NCBI GenBank assembly: GCA_963663805.2
Contig: CAXXMR010000003.1
Span: forward strand, 96,001-160,000
Source of the DNA: Sedimentisphaerales bacterium
GTDB taxonomy: Bacteria; Planctomycetota; Phycisphaerae; Sedimentisphaerales; SM23-30
Direction of reading: 5' to 3'
Length of the DNA stretch: 64,000 nucleotides
Each line of letters starts with the position of its first letter. Within the stretch, counting starts at the first letter, position 1. The notes under the pieces were generated by a model. It did not search any database and had not been told where the DNA came from. It worked only from the letters and a program-made list of their open reading frames with translations. Shown here piece after piece: positions 50,639-59,734 of this stretch. The position numbers and the translations under genes were made by a program.

Positions 50639-50935
50639 TTAGTCAAATTCATCCAGTAACTTAATCAGCGGTTCTCGATCACCATCGTTCCAGCGCCAGC
50701 ATTCGACGGTAGCCTGGGACGGCAGGTTCTTACCTGCCGCCCGCAAGCTCTCGCGTTCCTCAGGCCGGGGCCAGCCGTTGGCCTTGACCTGAATGCAACG
50801 CATACCGAGGCGATTCGTGGCGATAATATCGAACGGCCCCAGCGAGGCCGCCGAACGCATACACTGATAGCCCGCTGCCCGCAGCAGCTTGATGGTCTTG
50901 TATTCCAGGCGATTGCCCTTGGCTTTGGTGTTCAT
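50639..50935 (-). CDS. Holliday junction resolvase-like (Hjc-type) nuclease
   Basis: KGNRLE, RSAASLGPFDII, IQVK. Confidence 0.85.
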   Translation of the reverse strand: MNTKAKGNRLEYKTIKLLRAAGYQCMRSAASLGPFDIIATNRLGMRCIQVKANGWPRPEERESLRAAGKNLPSQATVECWRWNDGDREPLIKLLDEFD

Positions 50936-50937
50936 AA

Positions 50938-51411
50938 TCAGCGGCTCCAGGGTGCGGCGTTATTGAGGGCCTGAGGGGCGGGAGTGGATGGCACAGCGTT
51001 CGGACTGAAGGCCGCCTCTTTTTTCTCGTAGCCCTTGATCTCGTTACTGATCTCGCCGTTGTCCTCACGTTTCTTGCAGATGACCTTGACACTCACGGGC
51101 AGGTTATGCAGCTCCACCGAGTCCCGCGGCTGCATCACGCCCACCGCCCGGCAGATAGCCGACAGTTCGCCGCGGGCAATCTGGACCGCCTGGCCGTTGG
51201 GATTATCCAGATTCAGCCGGGTCCACAACTTACGGCCCTTATATTGACCTTCCAAAACATCGAAGGTCAGCTCCAGATAGTGGCCAGCGCCGTTCTTAGT
51301 CGGCTTCATCTCCGATTCAGTGATCGCCGCCAGATATTTACCGGCGGGGATCGGGTCAAAAGCGGCCAGAGGTTCAACTGTGTTCGCATCAAAATTGTTT
51401 AGATGTGCCAT
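50938..51411 (-). CDS. DUF669 phage ssDNA-binding protein
   Basis: FDPIPAGKY, EGQYKGRKLW, NEIKGY. Confidence 0.9.
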   Translation of the reverse strand: MAHLNNFDANTVEPLAAFDPIPAGKYLAAITESEMKPTKNGAGHYLELTFDVLEGQYKGRKLWTRLNLDNPNGQAVQIARGELSAICRAVGVMQPRDSVELHNLPVSVKVICKKREDNGEISNEIKGYEKKEAAFSPNAVPSTPAPQALNNAAPWSR

Positions 51412-51574
51412 GAGAGAGTCCTTTCTTTAATTGAGAGTTAATTTCTTTTTCGATTTCTGCCAGCACCTGGCAATATGTAAATCCACAGTAGGGACAGGAG
51501 GAGTAGTCTGTATTGACCCGGGCCTCGCGTCCGCAATTATCACAGACCTGAACATCACGGGGGTTTTTCGCCAT
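51389..51574 (-). CDS. Small Cys-rich (zinc-finger) protein
   Basis: CDNC...CPYCGFTYC; GAGGGG RBS. Confidence 0.6.
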   Translation of the reverse strand: MAKNPRDVQVCDNCGREARVNTDYSSCPYCGFTYCQVLAEIEKEINSQLKKGLSHGTSKQF

Positions 51575-51584
51575 CTGCGCCCCC

Positions 51585-52310
51585 TCAACTTTCCCGGGCG
51601 AAGCTCTGGTTGAGCCCCGCGGCAACAGCCCCGGCAAAAGCCGGCCAGGTGAAATCCAGCACCGCCGGCAGGTTATAGCGATTCTTGGCCAGGGACCGGG
51701 GTGTCTCCTGGGTAATCAGTTGACGGTGGCCTTCGGCATCCAGACGCACCATGCACACGAAATCCGACCATTCCACCATGACATTGAGATAACCTTCGGG
51801 TACCTCCGGGGTGCTTTTTTCGATGGTGATGCCATCGATATCGGTGATCTCGGTGCGCTTGGCATGGGCCAGGAGAATGACGGCGATACCGCGATTGATG
51901 ATGCGGTCCAGCTGCGGCAGCAGGATCTGGTACACATAGTTTTTGAGCACCTGCTTGCCGTTGCCGTAACCGCCGTGCGAACGATTCAGGGTGGAATCGA
52001 TCTTGCCCTGACAGCCCGAGACATGCTCTTCAATCCGCCGCAACAGCCAGTCGAGGGTATCGATGGCGATTACCTTATAGGGATGATCCGCCTGTTCGAT
52101 GGCCAGCAGCCACTGCTGAATTTCCGGCCAGGTGCCCAGATACGGAGTGCGACTGCACTTAATGGCGCCCGCGCCGTTCTCGCAGTCGATGATCAGGGAA
52201 TCGGGAGCAGAAGCCCCGAAGGTACTCTTGCCTGACCCGGGAGGTCCGTAGATTATGCCCTTGGGGGCTGACGGGGTGGGATCGGTGATAATACTGTTCA
52301 GTAAAGTCAT
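51585..52310 (-). CDS. AAA_24 / Sak4-like ATP-binding recombination protein
   Basis: YGPPGSGKST, IDTLDWL, GGYGNG, LAH, AKNR. Confidence 0.9.
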   Translation of the reverse strand: MTLLNSIITDPTPSAPKGIIYGPPGSGKSTFGASAPDSLIIDCENGAGAIKCSRTPYLGTWPEIQQWLLAIEQADHPYKVIAIDTLDWLLRRIEEHVSGCQGKIDSTLNRSHGGYGNGKQVLKNYVYQILLPQLDRIINRGIAVILLAHAKRTEITDIDGITIEKSTPEVPEGYLNVMVEWSDFVCMVRLDAEGHRQLITQETPRSLAKNRYNLPAVLDFTWPAFAGAVAAGLNQSFARES

Positions 52311-52334
52311 CTAATAAATCTCCTGAAAAAGGGG

Positions 52335-53180
52335 TTAAAGGGTGTCAAAAACACGAATCTGTTCATAACCGGTGGGCCAGGTCTGGTTTTTCTGGCAGTA
52401 TTTCAGGCGTTCGATGGCCTCGAGGTTCTCGGCCTCGGCGAAGTCCAGGGCCGATTCGGCGGCCTTCCAGACACCCGCCCGGTAAGGTTCCTTCTTCTCG
52501 ACGGCGATGAAATGGACGGGATAGTTTCCCCCGGCCACTTCCCGCAAGACTGCGCGATAAAAGGCCATTTGATGCAGGTAACCAAAACGCCGGGCATCGG
52601 CTTCGAACCAGGTCAAATCATCACATCTCTTCAGATCGATGATCCCGTAGACCGGCTGGAAATAGTCCGGCCGGATCTGGCAGGGCAAACCACCGTAATC
52701 GGCCCGGCAGACACCTTCGGCGACACCATCCATAATTAAGTCTGAGGCCTTGGGGTGCATTAACACCGCCTGCTCCATCAGTTCCAGCTTGAGGGACTCC
52801 TCGGTGGTAATGACGGCCTTACCGATTCCCGCGGCCCACTCGGCAAAGGCCTTGGTACTGGTCCCGTAAGGCTTGCCGGTGCTGGGATTGATCGGCCCGC
52901 CGACGACGTAATCCTGCTCGAAGACAGCCTGGCCCTCGAGAATGAGCGTATGTGCCGCCCGACCGAGGGCATAGGCCGGGGAATCGTTATCTTTGATCAG
53001 GCCGGAATGTTTCTTCCAGTAGAGATAGGGACACTTGCGAAAGTCCGCCAACTGATGGCTGCTCAGGAATTTATTGGCCTGGGCGTGATAATATTCCGCC
53101 GATTCACATACAAAAATATTCAGATCATAATCCATATCCATAACTTTGATTCCTGTTGGTTGGTGGTTGTTAAACTTCAA
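52335..53180 (-). CDS. PD-(D/E)xK RecE-like exonuclease (DUF3799-like)
   Basis: YYHA..LSSH, GRAAH, IRPD, IIDLK, YLHQMAFY, AVEKKEPY; start codon uncertain. Confidence 0.9.
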   Translation of the reverse strand: MKFNNHQPTGIKVMDMDYDLNIFVCESAEYYHAQANKFLSSHQLADFRKCPYLYWKKHSGLIKDNDSPAYALGRAAHTLILEGQAVFEQDYVVGGPINPSTGKPYGTSTKAFAEWAAGIGKAVITTEESLKLELMEQAVLMHPKASDLIMDGVAEGVCRADYGGLPCQIRPDYFQPVYGIIDLKRCDDLTWFEADARRFGYLHQMAFYRAVLREVAGGNYPVHFIAVEKKEPYRAGVWKAAESALDFAEAENLEAIERLKYCQKNQTWPTGYEQIRVFDTL

Positions 53181-53227
53181 CTTTTCGGGCCCGCTGATAT
53201 ATACATAACCAAGACGGCCAAAATCTG

Positions 53228-53830
53228 TTACCGATCTGGAAAAAAATATTCATCGAGCCCTTTAATCTTCAAAGCCAGACGCAGCCGGGCGAGCTGATAG
53301 CAATATAAAGTACTGCGGGAAATCTGCAGTTGGGCAGCCGCTTGCTCGAAGGACTGGAACTTTAACAGCTCGGCAACTCGACGCAGATCTGCGGGCAGAT
53401 CCGCCAGGGCCAGATTGAGATCAACCCGCAAATCTTGGAGCTGCACTTCCGAGCGTCGCGACACACCCCGATGGCGGTCTAAATCATTCTGTTTGATAGT
53501 ATTAACCCGAAGAGCGCCTTCCTCTGGGGCGTGAGGAACTTCTTCGTGGAGTGAGCCGCCCTCCTGCCGGTAATCGCGTTTTTTTATTTTGGGATAACGC
53601 AGCAGCTTGCAGATTTGGCCCTCCACGACTCGGATCATATAGGTGTTATAGCTCGCCCGAGCCGGATCGTATTTGGGTAATGACTGCCATAACGCGAGGA
53701 TGAGCTCCTGCTTGATATCCTCCAGGTCATCGGCGGTAAAGCCGGGTTTATCCAGCAGCTGATGGGCCTTAAAATCGATGTGTTTAAGAATGTAGTCATT
53801 GAGTTCACACTTCTGCGAGGAAGCTTTCAT
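53228..53830 (-). CDS. Phage sigma-70/ECF-like factor
   Basis: DDLEDIKQEL, KYDPARAS, C-terminal HTH; CAGGAG RBS before ATG 53830. Confidence 0.8.
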   Translation of the reverse strand: MKASSQKCELNDYILKHIDFKAHQLLDKPGFTADDLEDIKQELILALWQSLPKYDPARASYNTYMIRVVEGQICKLLRYPKIKKRDYRQEGGSLHEEVPHAPEEGALRVNTIKQNDLDRHRGVSRRSEVQLQDLRVDLNLALADLPADLRRVAELLKFQSFEQAAAQLQISRSTLYCYQLARLRLALKIKGLDEYFFPDR

Positions 53831-53892
53831 AGTCAGGCTCTCCTGGTTGGTGACCAGGAGGCGCCGGGAACAGCAGAACAGCGGATGTACAA

Positions 53893-53950
53893 AAAGCGGA
53901 GGCAATCGGACATAGACCATCTGGTCTGTGTTCCCGATCACCTCCGCTTT
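53893..53950 (-). terminator. Long nested hairpin with U-tract upstream of the sigma-like gene
   Basis: AAAGCGGAGG/CCTCCGCTTT, ATCGG/CCGAT and AGACCA/TGGTCT stems; TTTTT at the 3' end on the minus strand. Confidence 0.6.
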
Positions 53951-54022
53951 GCGGTCAGTTAATCGGCTAACAAAGAAAAAACTGAACAAACATTTCATAC
54001 AGGGTTCACCAGCCCCGAAATT

Positions 54023-54373
54023 TTATCTGGTGCCAAGTTCCTCCTTTCCGGTGCGAATCGGACTCTGGATAATGTCCACGGCGAACGGCAGGCCGTGTTT
54101 GACTTCCAGGCTGAGGATCAGCCCCTCAGAAGTTTCATCCAGGGTCTGGAACAATTCCCGCACCTGTTTTTTCAGTTCGAAGTCAGCGCTAAAAGTTTGC
54201 GGCGGATTCGCGCTGCCGAACTTGACGGTGCGAATCAGACGGCACCCGGCATCCCAGACCGGCTCGCCTCGGATGACGGCGAGATTTTCGATCCGGCCGA
54301 ACTGCAGATCCTGCAATTGCCGCAGCAGCAGCTGTCGAGCGGGGCTAAGAAATGATATTTTTCGCGTCTCCAT
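54023..54373 (-). CDS. Phage hypothetical protein
   Basis: AAGGAG RBS; FGRIENL...DFELK...LEVKHGLPF. Confidence 0.8.
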   Translation of the reverse strand: METRKISFLSPARQLLLRQLQDLQFGRIENLAVIRGEPVWDAGCRLIRTVKFGSANPPQTFSADFELKKQVRELFQTLDETSEGLILSLEVKHGLPFAVDIIQSPIRTGKEELGTR

Positions 54374-54475
54374 ACGCTAACTCCTTGTCCGTAAAAATAT
54401 TCCACCGGCCAGCAGCTTTATCCCCCAACCTCAGGCCCCTGAGCCCGGATTATTAAAGCCCTCACCCCTTACTGG

Positions 54476-54630
54476 CGAAATTTCACCGGAGGGCCGAAAT
54501 TTCACCGAAAAAAATGGCTCGGATTTTGATAAGTTAAGGATTTTAAGAGACTTAAAATTTTGAGATTTTTTTATTTTTTTTCGATTTTGCCGAAATGAAA
54601 ATTCGCTAGTGAATTTTCACCGTGAAATTT
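54476..54630. promoter_or_regulatory. Operator-like repeats in a divergent AT-rich intergenic region
   Basis: CGAAATTTCACCG at 54476 and 54495; related TGAATTTTCACCGTGAAATT near 54610. Confidence 0.55.
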
Positions 54631-54734
54631 GGTACAGCAAAAAAATCTGAGAAATATGTATTTGACCACTATGCGAAAATGGTTATACTTAAAATCATAA
54701 ACCCAAACTTTGTCCCTGATTTTGAAGGTGAATC

Positions 54735-55058
54735 ATGCCCTGCGATAAAATCACAGGCATTATGAAAAAACCATCGGACCCCCGAGAGGAAATCTGCCTT
54801 TATAGCGATCTCAAGGGCTACCCGCCTACCATTCGGGAGCGGGCCGCTAAATTCAAAATCAGCTCCTCCAGTAGGCCTGGCCGGATCAATATCAGGCGTC
54901 GGCCCCTGGAGGAAAACGGTGACATTGCCTTATTAAAATATGAATCCCCGGTCAAACGCCTCAAATTTGCGGATAACCATATCAGACTGAATCCGGAAAA
55001 CCCGGATATGAAACCGATCACCAGCCAGCCCCACGATAATCGATGGATTCGAGGTTAG
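54735..55058 (+). pseudogene. Internally deleted LexA-type repressor
   Basis: KGYPPTIRE (DNA-binding) and ENGDIAL..VKRL..IRLNPENPDMKPI (S24 C-terminus) present; Ala-Gly site and catalytic Ser region missing. Confidence 0.75.
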
Positions 55059-55191
55059 GTGGCAGGCGATGATAAGATAGAATAGCGCGAAGTTTTTTAC
55101 CTGGGCGGCACCGACCTCGGCCTCGCAAGGCATGTCAAACCGAAGCCTTTATTGTTTAGCAACGGGAAGATTCCCTGCCTTGAAGGAGGAG

Positions 55192-55854
55192 ATGATGACG
55201 GCGACCTTGACCAAAAACCAGGTGAGAAAAGATGATTCGGAAAGCTTCAACTGGAACTTGCGTTTCAAAACTGCGCTGCGGCGGTATGAAAAGATTGACG
55301 GGGTCTGCCCGGAACTCTTCGCGGCCCTGATCGAAATGATCAGTGAGTGGGCCGGGCTTTTGCCTCAGTCCCCGCAGAAAGACGGTAAATATATACCGGC
55401 CAACAACCGGGTACTGGATGCCGAAGAAACGGAGATTTACGCCATCTTCGATTACCTGAACCTGCAGGGCCGGAAGGACGTGGCCGACGGGCTCGGCAAG
55501 AAATTCCAGAAGCTGCGCCAGACGGCCGAGAACCTGGATCAACTCTATAAACATGTGCAATTTGATGAACTGGTGGAAAAACGGCTCACCGAACACGGCA
55601 AACGTCAGGCAGCGCAATTGTGCAACTACCTTAAAGAGCTGCGAAAAATCTTGTTTGTCGAGGCGCCGGGGAAGCCGGAAGAAAAAACTGTCGCGGCAGT
55701 ATGCCGGGCCGTGGAGCATTTCCCGACACCGTCACACATTGACTGGCCCCAGATTGCCATCCGGTTCACGGACGGCCACAACATCTCGGTCCGGGCCGGG
55801 AAAATCCGCCGTAGTTATCATTATAGTCAATTGGGTATGATCAGCAGACGCTGA
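55192..55854 (+). CDS. Hypothetical protein, probably 3'-truncated
   Basis: AGGAGG RBS; FPTP..W..I.IRF.DGH...Y..LGM segment ending abruptly. Confidence 0.6.
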   Translation: MMTATLTKNQVRKDDSESFNWNLRFKTALRRYEKIDGVCPELFAALIEMISEWAGLLPQSPQKDGKYIPANNRVLDAEETEIYAIFDYLNLQGRKDVADGLGKKFQKLRQTAENLDQLYKHVQFDELVEKRLTEHGKRQAAQLCNYLKELRKILFVEAPGKPEEKTVAAVCRAVEHFPTPSHIDWPQIAIRFTDGHNISVRAGKIRRSYHYSQLGMISRR

Positions 55855-55926
55855 CACCTTGACCGTTTTTGCAGCTTTTTCTCCATATTTGAAGCTTTTT
55901 CCCCTGCCGGACACCAAATCCGCCCC

Positions 55927-55955
55927 TTGACATCCCTGGACTGCCCGGTTAATAT
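55927..55955 (+). promoter_or_regulatory. Putative sigma70 promoter of the hsd operon
   Basis: TTGACA-N17-TAATAT. Confidence 0.6.
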
Positions 55956-56026
55956 TAGGACATTCTTCCGGCCATTGTTTTTCTGGGGCCGGGGGTGGTG
56001 TATTTTGGGAAAGGATAAAAGCTCCT

Positions 56027-57568
56027 ATGGCAAAAAAGAAAACCCGCAATAATCCCCCATTAAAAGAAGAACCCATCGAAAAGCAGCTCTGGAAGGCGGC
56101 GGATAAACTTCGCAAGAACATAGACGCCGCAGAATATAAACATATTGTCCTGGGCCTGATTTTCCTGAAATACATTTCCGACGCCTTTGAGGAACTCCAC
56201 TCGAAGCTACTGGCAGGTGAAGGCGAATGTGAAGGAGCAGACCCCGAGGATAAGGATGAATACAAGGCCGAAAATGTCTTTTTCGTACCACCGTCGGCTC
56301 GCTGGAGCTTTCTGCGCAGTCATGCCAAGCAGCCGACCATCGGCAAGACCGTTGACGAAGCCATGGACGCCATCGAGAGGGAAAACGCTTCGTTACGTGA
56401 CGTTCTGCCTAAGGTATTTGCCCGCGGCAATCTTGACCCCGCGAATCTGGGCGGGCTGATCGATCTGATAGGCAATATCGCTCTGGGCCAGGCCAAGGCC
56501 CGCAGTGCAGATGTACTGGGCCATGTATTTGAATACTTCCTGGGTGAGTTCGCCCTGGCCGAAGGGAAAAAGGGCGGCCAGTTTTACACACCGCGAAGTG
56601 TCGTTGAATTACTGGTAGAAATGCTCGAGCCCACCAAAGGCCGGGTTTTTGACCCCTGTTGCGGTTCCGGCGGCATGTTCGTCCAATCGGAAAAATTCGT
56701 CGAAAACCACCAGGGCCGAGTAAACGATATATCCATATACGGCCAGGAATCAAACCAGACCACCTGGCGACTGGCGAAGATGAACCTTGCCATTCGCGGT
56801 ATCGACAGTTCTCAGGTAAAATGGAATAATGAAGGTTCATTCCTGAACGATGCCCACAAGGACCTCAAAGCCGATTTCGTAATCGCCAATCCGCCGTTCA
56901 ATGACAGCGACTGGTCCGGCGAACTGCTGCGTAAAGACGGCCGCTGGAAATATGGCACACCGCCGACCGGAAATGCCAATTATGCCTGGATACAGCATTT
57001 CGTATATCATCTCAGCCCCAAAGGCCGGGCTGGGTTTGTTCTTGCTAAGGGTGCTCTCACATCCAAAACATCCGGCGAAGGTGATATACGCCAGACGCTA
57101 ATTGATGCCGATATGGTCGATTGTATAGTCAATCTGCCTGCCAAACTGTTTTTGAATACCCAGATCCCCGCTAGTTTATGGTTCTTTAACAGAAAAAAGA
57201 CCAGACCCGGCGAAATACTCTTTATCGACGCTCGTAATATGGGCCACCTGATAAATCGTCGCACCCGGGAACTCTCCGCCGACGATATTACCCAAATCTC
57301 CCAAACTTATCACAACTGGCGCTCGGAAGATGACGGCTATGAAGATGTCAAAGGTTTTTGTGTGTCAGCAACGGTCGAACGGGTCAAGGAACTGGATTAT
57401 GTCCTTACCCCCGGCCGCTACGTCGGCTTGCCGGACGAGGAAGATAATTTCGATTTCAAGGAACGATTCGCCAGTCTTAAAGCAGAATTCGAAGAGCAAA
57501 TCAAAGAAGAAGCAAAGCTAAACAGTCTTATTAAGAAGAATCTAGCAAAGGTGAAAGTTGATGGCTAA
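56027..57568 (+). CDS. hsdM: Type I R-M methyltransferase subunit
   Basis: [27 protein letters not shown]. Confidence 0.97.
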   Translation: MAKKKTRNNPPLKEEPIEKQLWKAADKLRKNIDAAEYKHIVLGLIFLKYISDAFEELHSKLLAGEGECEGADPEDKDEYKAENVFFVPPSARWSFLRSHAKQPTIGKTVDEAMDAIERENASLRDVLPKVFARGNLDPANLGGLIDLIGNIALGQAKARSADVLGHVFEYFLGEFALAEGKKGGQFYTPRSVVELLVEMLEPTKGRVFDPCCGSGGMFVQSEKFVENHQGRVNDISIYGQESNQTTWRLAKMNLAIRGIDSSQVKWNNEGSFLNDAHKDLKADFVIANPPFNDSDWSGELLRKDGRWKYGTPPTGNANYAWIQHFVYHLSPKGRAGFVLAKGALTSKTSGEGDIRQTLIDADMVDCIVNLPAKLFLNTQIPASLWFFNRKKTRPGEILFIDARNMGHLINRRTRELSADDITQISQTYHNWRSEDDGYEDVKGFCVSATVERVKELDYVLTPGRYVGLPDEEDNFDFKERFASLKAEFEEQIKEEAKLNSLIKKNLAKVKVDG

Positions 57569-58400
57569 GAAAAATACACAATTAAGCGTTAAGGGGACCG
57601 AAATCAGGGTTTTTACCGGCAATAAACAAGATTATCTTTCTCTGACGGATATAGCCAGATACAAAAAAGCTGACCGTACCGACGATTTGATACGAAACTG
57701 GATACGCAATCGAAACACCATTGAGTTTATAGGTATTTGGGAGCAGCTAAATAATCCGGATTTTAACCCCGTCGAATTCGACGGGTTTAGAAAAGAAGCG
57801 GGTTTAAATAGTTTCACACTTACTCCCAAGCAGTGGATAGAAAAGACCAATGCTATAGGCATTGTTTCCAAAGCCGGTCGTTACGGCGGGACTTATGCTC
57901 ATAAAGATATTGCTTTTGAGTTTGCAACCTGGATTTCCGTGGAGTTCAAAATCTATCTTATCACGGAATTTCAACGGCTAAAGGACCAGGAGCAAAAACA
58001 ACTGGGCTGGGACATTCGCCGAAATCTCACCAAGATAAACTATCGTATCCATACCGACGCTATCAAGGAAAACCTTATCCCCGCTACCTTGAACAAACAG
58101 CAAATCAGTCAAGTTTATGCTTCTGAAGCAGACATTCTCAATATGGCCCTGTTTGGCAAGACCGCCGGGCAATGGCGACAGGATAATCCTGACGAAACTG
58201 GTAATATCCGGGATTTTGCCAATGCCTCGCAACTGGTCTGTCTGGCCAATATGGAGAACCTCAACGCCGTATTTATCAATGATGGCTTTTCCCAGTCAGA
58301 ACGGTTGACTCGCCTGAACCAGATCGCTATCCAGCAGATGAAAATTTTACTGGCCGATAAAACAACCAGAATGCTGGAGGAACAAGATGATGACAAATGA
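57561..58400 (+). CDS. KilA-N domain protein
   Basis: [30 protein letters not shown]. Confidence 0.92.
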   Translation: MAKKNTQLSVKGTEIRVFTGNKQDYLSLTDIARYKKADRTDDLIRNWIRNRNTIEFIGIWEQLNNPDFNPVEFDGFRKEAGLNSFTLTPKQWIEKTNAIGIVSKAGRYGGTYAHKDIAFEFATWISVEFKIYLITEFQRLKDQEQKQLGWDIRRNLTKINYRIHTDAIKENLIPATLNKQQISQVYASEADILNMALFGKTAGQWRQDNPDETGNIRDFANASQLVCLANMENLNAVFINDGFSQSERLTRLNQIAIQQMKILLADKTTRMLEEQDDDK

Positions 58401-58647
58401 CAAAGAAGAAAAATTCTGGTTTACAGTCGGCCAACTAGCGGAAATCCTAAAGGAAATGCCCCAGGATTTACCCGTAGTTGTCAGCGGCTATGAAAGCGGC
58501 TATGAGAATTTCTTTCAGCCGTATATTGTCGAACTGACACACGACCCCGACAGCGACTATTACGACGGAGAATTCCAATACGCCGAAAAGAGCGACAAAA
58601 ATACCTTCAAAGCAGTTGTCCTGAAAAGGGTGGTGAGGGATGACTGA
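58387..58647 (+). CDS. Small acidic hypothetical protein
   Basis: TVGQLAEILKEMPQDLPVVVSGYESG; overlaps both neighbours. Confidence 0.7.
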   Translation: MMTNDKEEKFWFTVGQLAEILKEMPQDLPVVVSGYESGYENFFQPYIVELTHDPDSDYYDGEFQYAEKSDKNTFKAVVLKRVVRDD

Positions 58648-59734
58648 GTGGAAAGAAACTCGGCTGGGAGAGATTGCAGTAATAGTAATGGGACAGTCTC
58701 CTAAAGGAGAAACTTGTAATGCCAATGGCAAGGGCGTCCCGCTACTGAACGGTCCAACGGAGTTTGGTCTCAAATACCCATTTCCTATCCAGTTCACGAA
58801 TGACGCGAGAAGGATGTGTAAAGAGAATGATATTTTATTTTGCGTGAGAGGATCAACTACAGGAAGGATGAATTGGGCAAATCGCAATTATGCTATTGGA
58901 AGGGGTCTGGCGGCAATATCTCACAAAAAAGGCAGTGATTATAGGCATTACATTAAAGGTGTCATTGATTACAATTTGCCATATTTACTGTCTAGTGCTA
59001 CCGGTTCAACGTTTCCAAATGTGTCACGAAGCGATTTAGAAAACCTTAAAATCGCTGCTCCTCCTCTCCCCGAACAAAAAGCAATTGCATCAGTCCTTTC
59101 GAGTCTGGACGACAAAATAGACCTGCTGCACCGCCAGAACAAAACCCTCGAAGCAATGGCCGAAACACTCTTCAGACAGTGGTTTATTGAAGAAGCAGGA
59201 GAGGAGTGGGAGGAAGGAACAATAGAGAATATATTTATACTTCAAAGAGGCTTTGATTTACCCATTCAAAGCAGAGTGGCTGGGTCCTATCCAATTTTTG
59301 CTGCAAGTGGCCATGGTGGCTATCACAATGAGTCCAAAGTTAAAGCTCCAGGTGTTACAACAGGACGTAGTGGGTTATTGGGAAAGGTGTTCTTTATTTT
59401 GGAAAATTTCTGGCCATTAAATACATCTTTATTTATTAAAGAGTACAGAATTGGCACGCCTTTGTTTTCCTATTTTCTATTAAAAACGATAGACTTAGAT
59501 AGCTTCAATGCCGGTTCGGCTGTTCCAACATTAAATCGAAATCATGTTCATGAACATAAAATACTTATTCCTCCGAAATCTTTGATTCTAGAATTTGAGA
59601 ATATGATGATTCCAAATTTTAAAAAGATACATTTTAATAAAACACAAATCCGCACCCATGAAAAGCTGCGTGACACATTATTACCGAAGTTGATGAGTGG
59701 AGAAGTGAGCGTGGCATTGGAGAATGTCAAATGA
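58640..59734 (+). CDS. hsdS: Type I R-M specificity subunit
   Basis: Two TRDs; PPLPEQKAIA..LDDKI; LRDTLLPKLMSGE. Confidence 0.96.
   Translation: MTEWKETRLGEIAVIVMGQSPKGETCNANGKGVPLLNGPTEFGLKYPFPIQFTNDARRMCKENDILFCVRGSTTGRMNWANRNYAIGRGLAAISHKKGSDYRHYIKGVIDYNLPYLLSSATGSTFPNVSRSDLENLKIAAPPLPEQKAIASVLSSLDDKIDLLHRQNKTLEAMAETLFRQWFIEEAGEEWEEGTIENIFILQRGFDLPIQSRVAGSYPIFAASGHGGYHNESKVKAPGVTTGRSGLLGKVFFILENFWPLNTSLFIKEYRIGTPLFSYFLLKTIDLDSFNAGSAVPTLNRNHVHEHKILIPPKSLILEFENMMIPNFKKIHFNKTQIRTHEKLRDTLLPKLMSGEVSVALENVK

Larger units (their letters stand above)
34140..55854. mobile_element. Defective prophage or phage-like element (early, replication and modification genes only)
   Basis: LexA remnant, sigma-like gene, RecE-like nuclease, AAA_24, DUF669, resolvase, Mom, helicase, primase, ParB-MTase, HARE-HTH; no terminase, capsid or tail genes; boundaries approximate. 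Confidence 0.75.
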
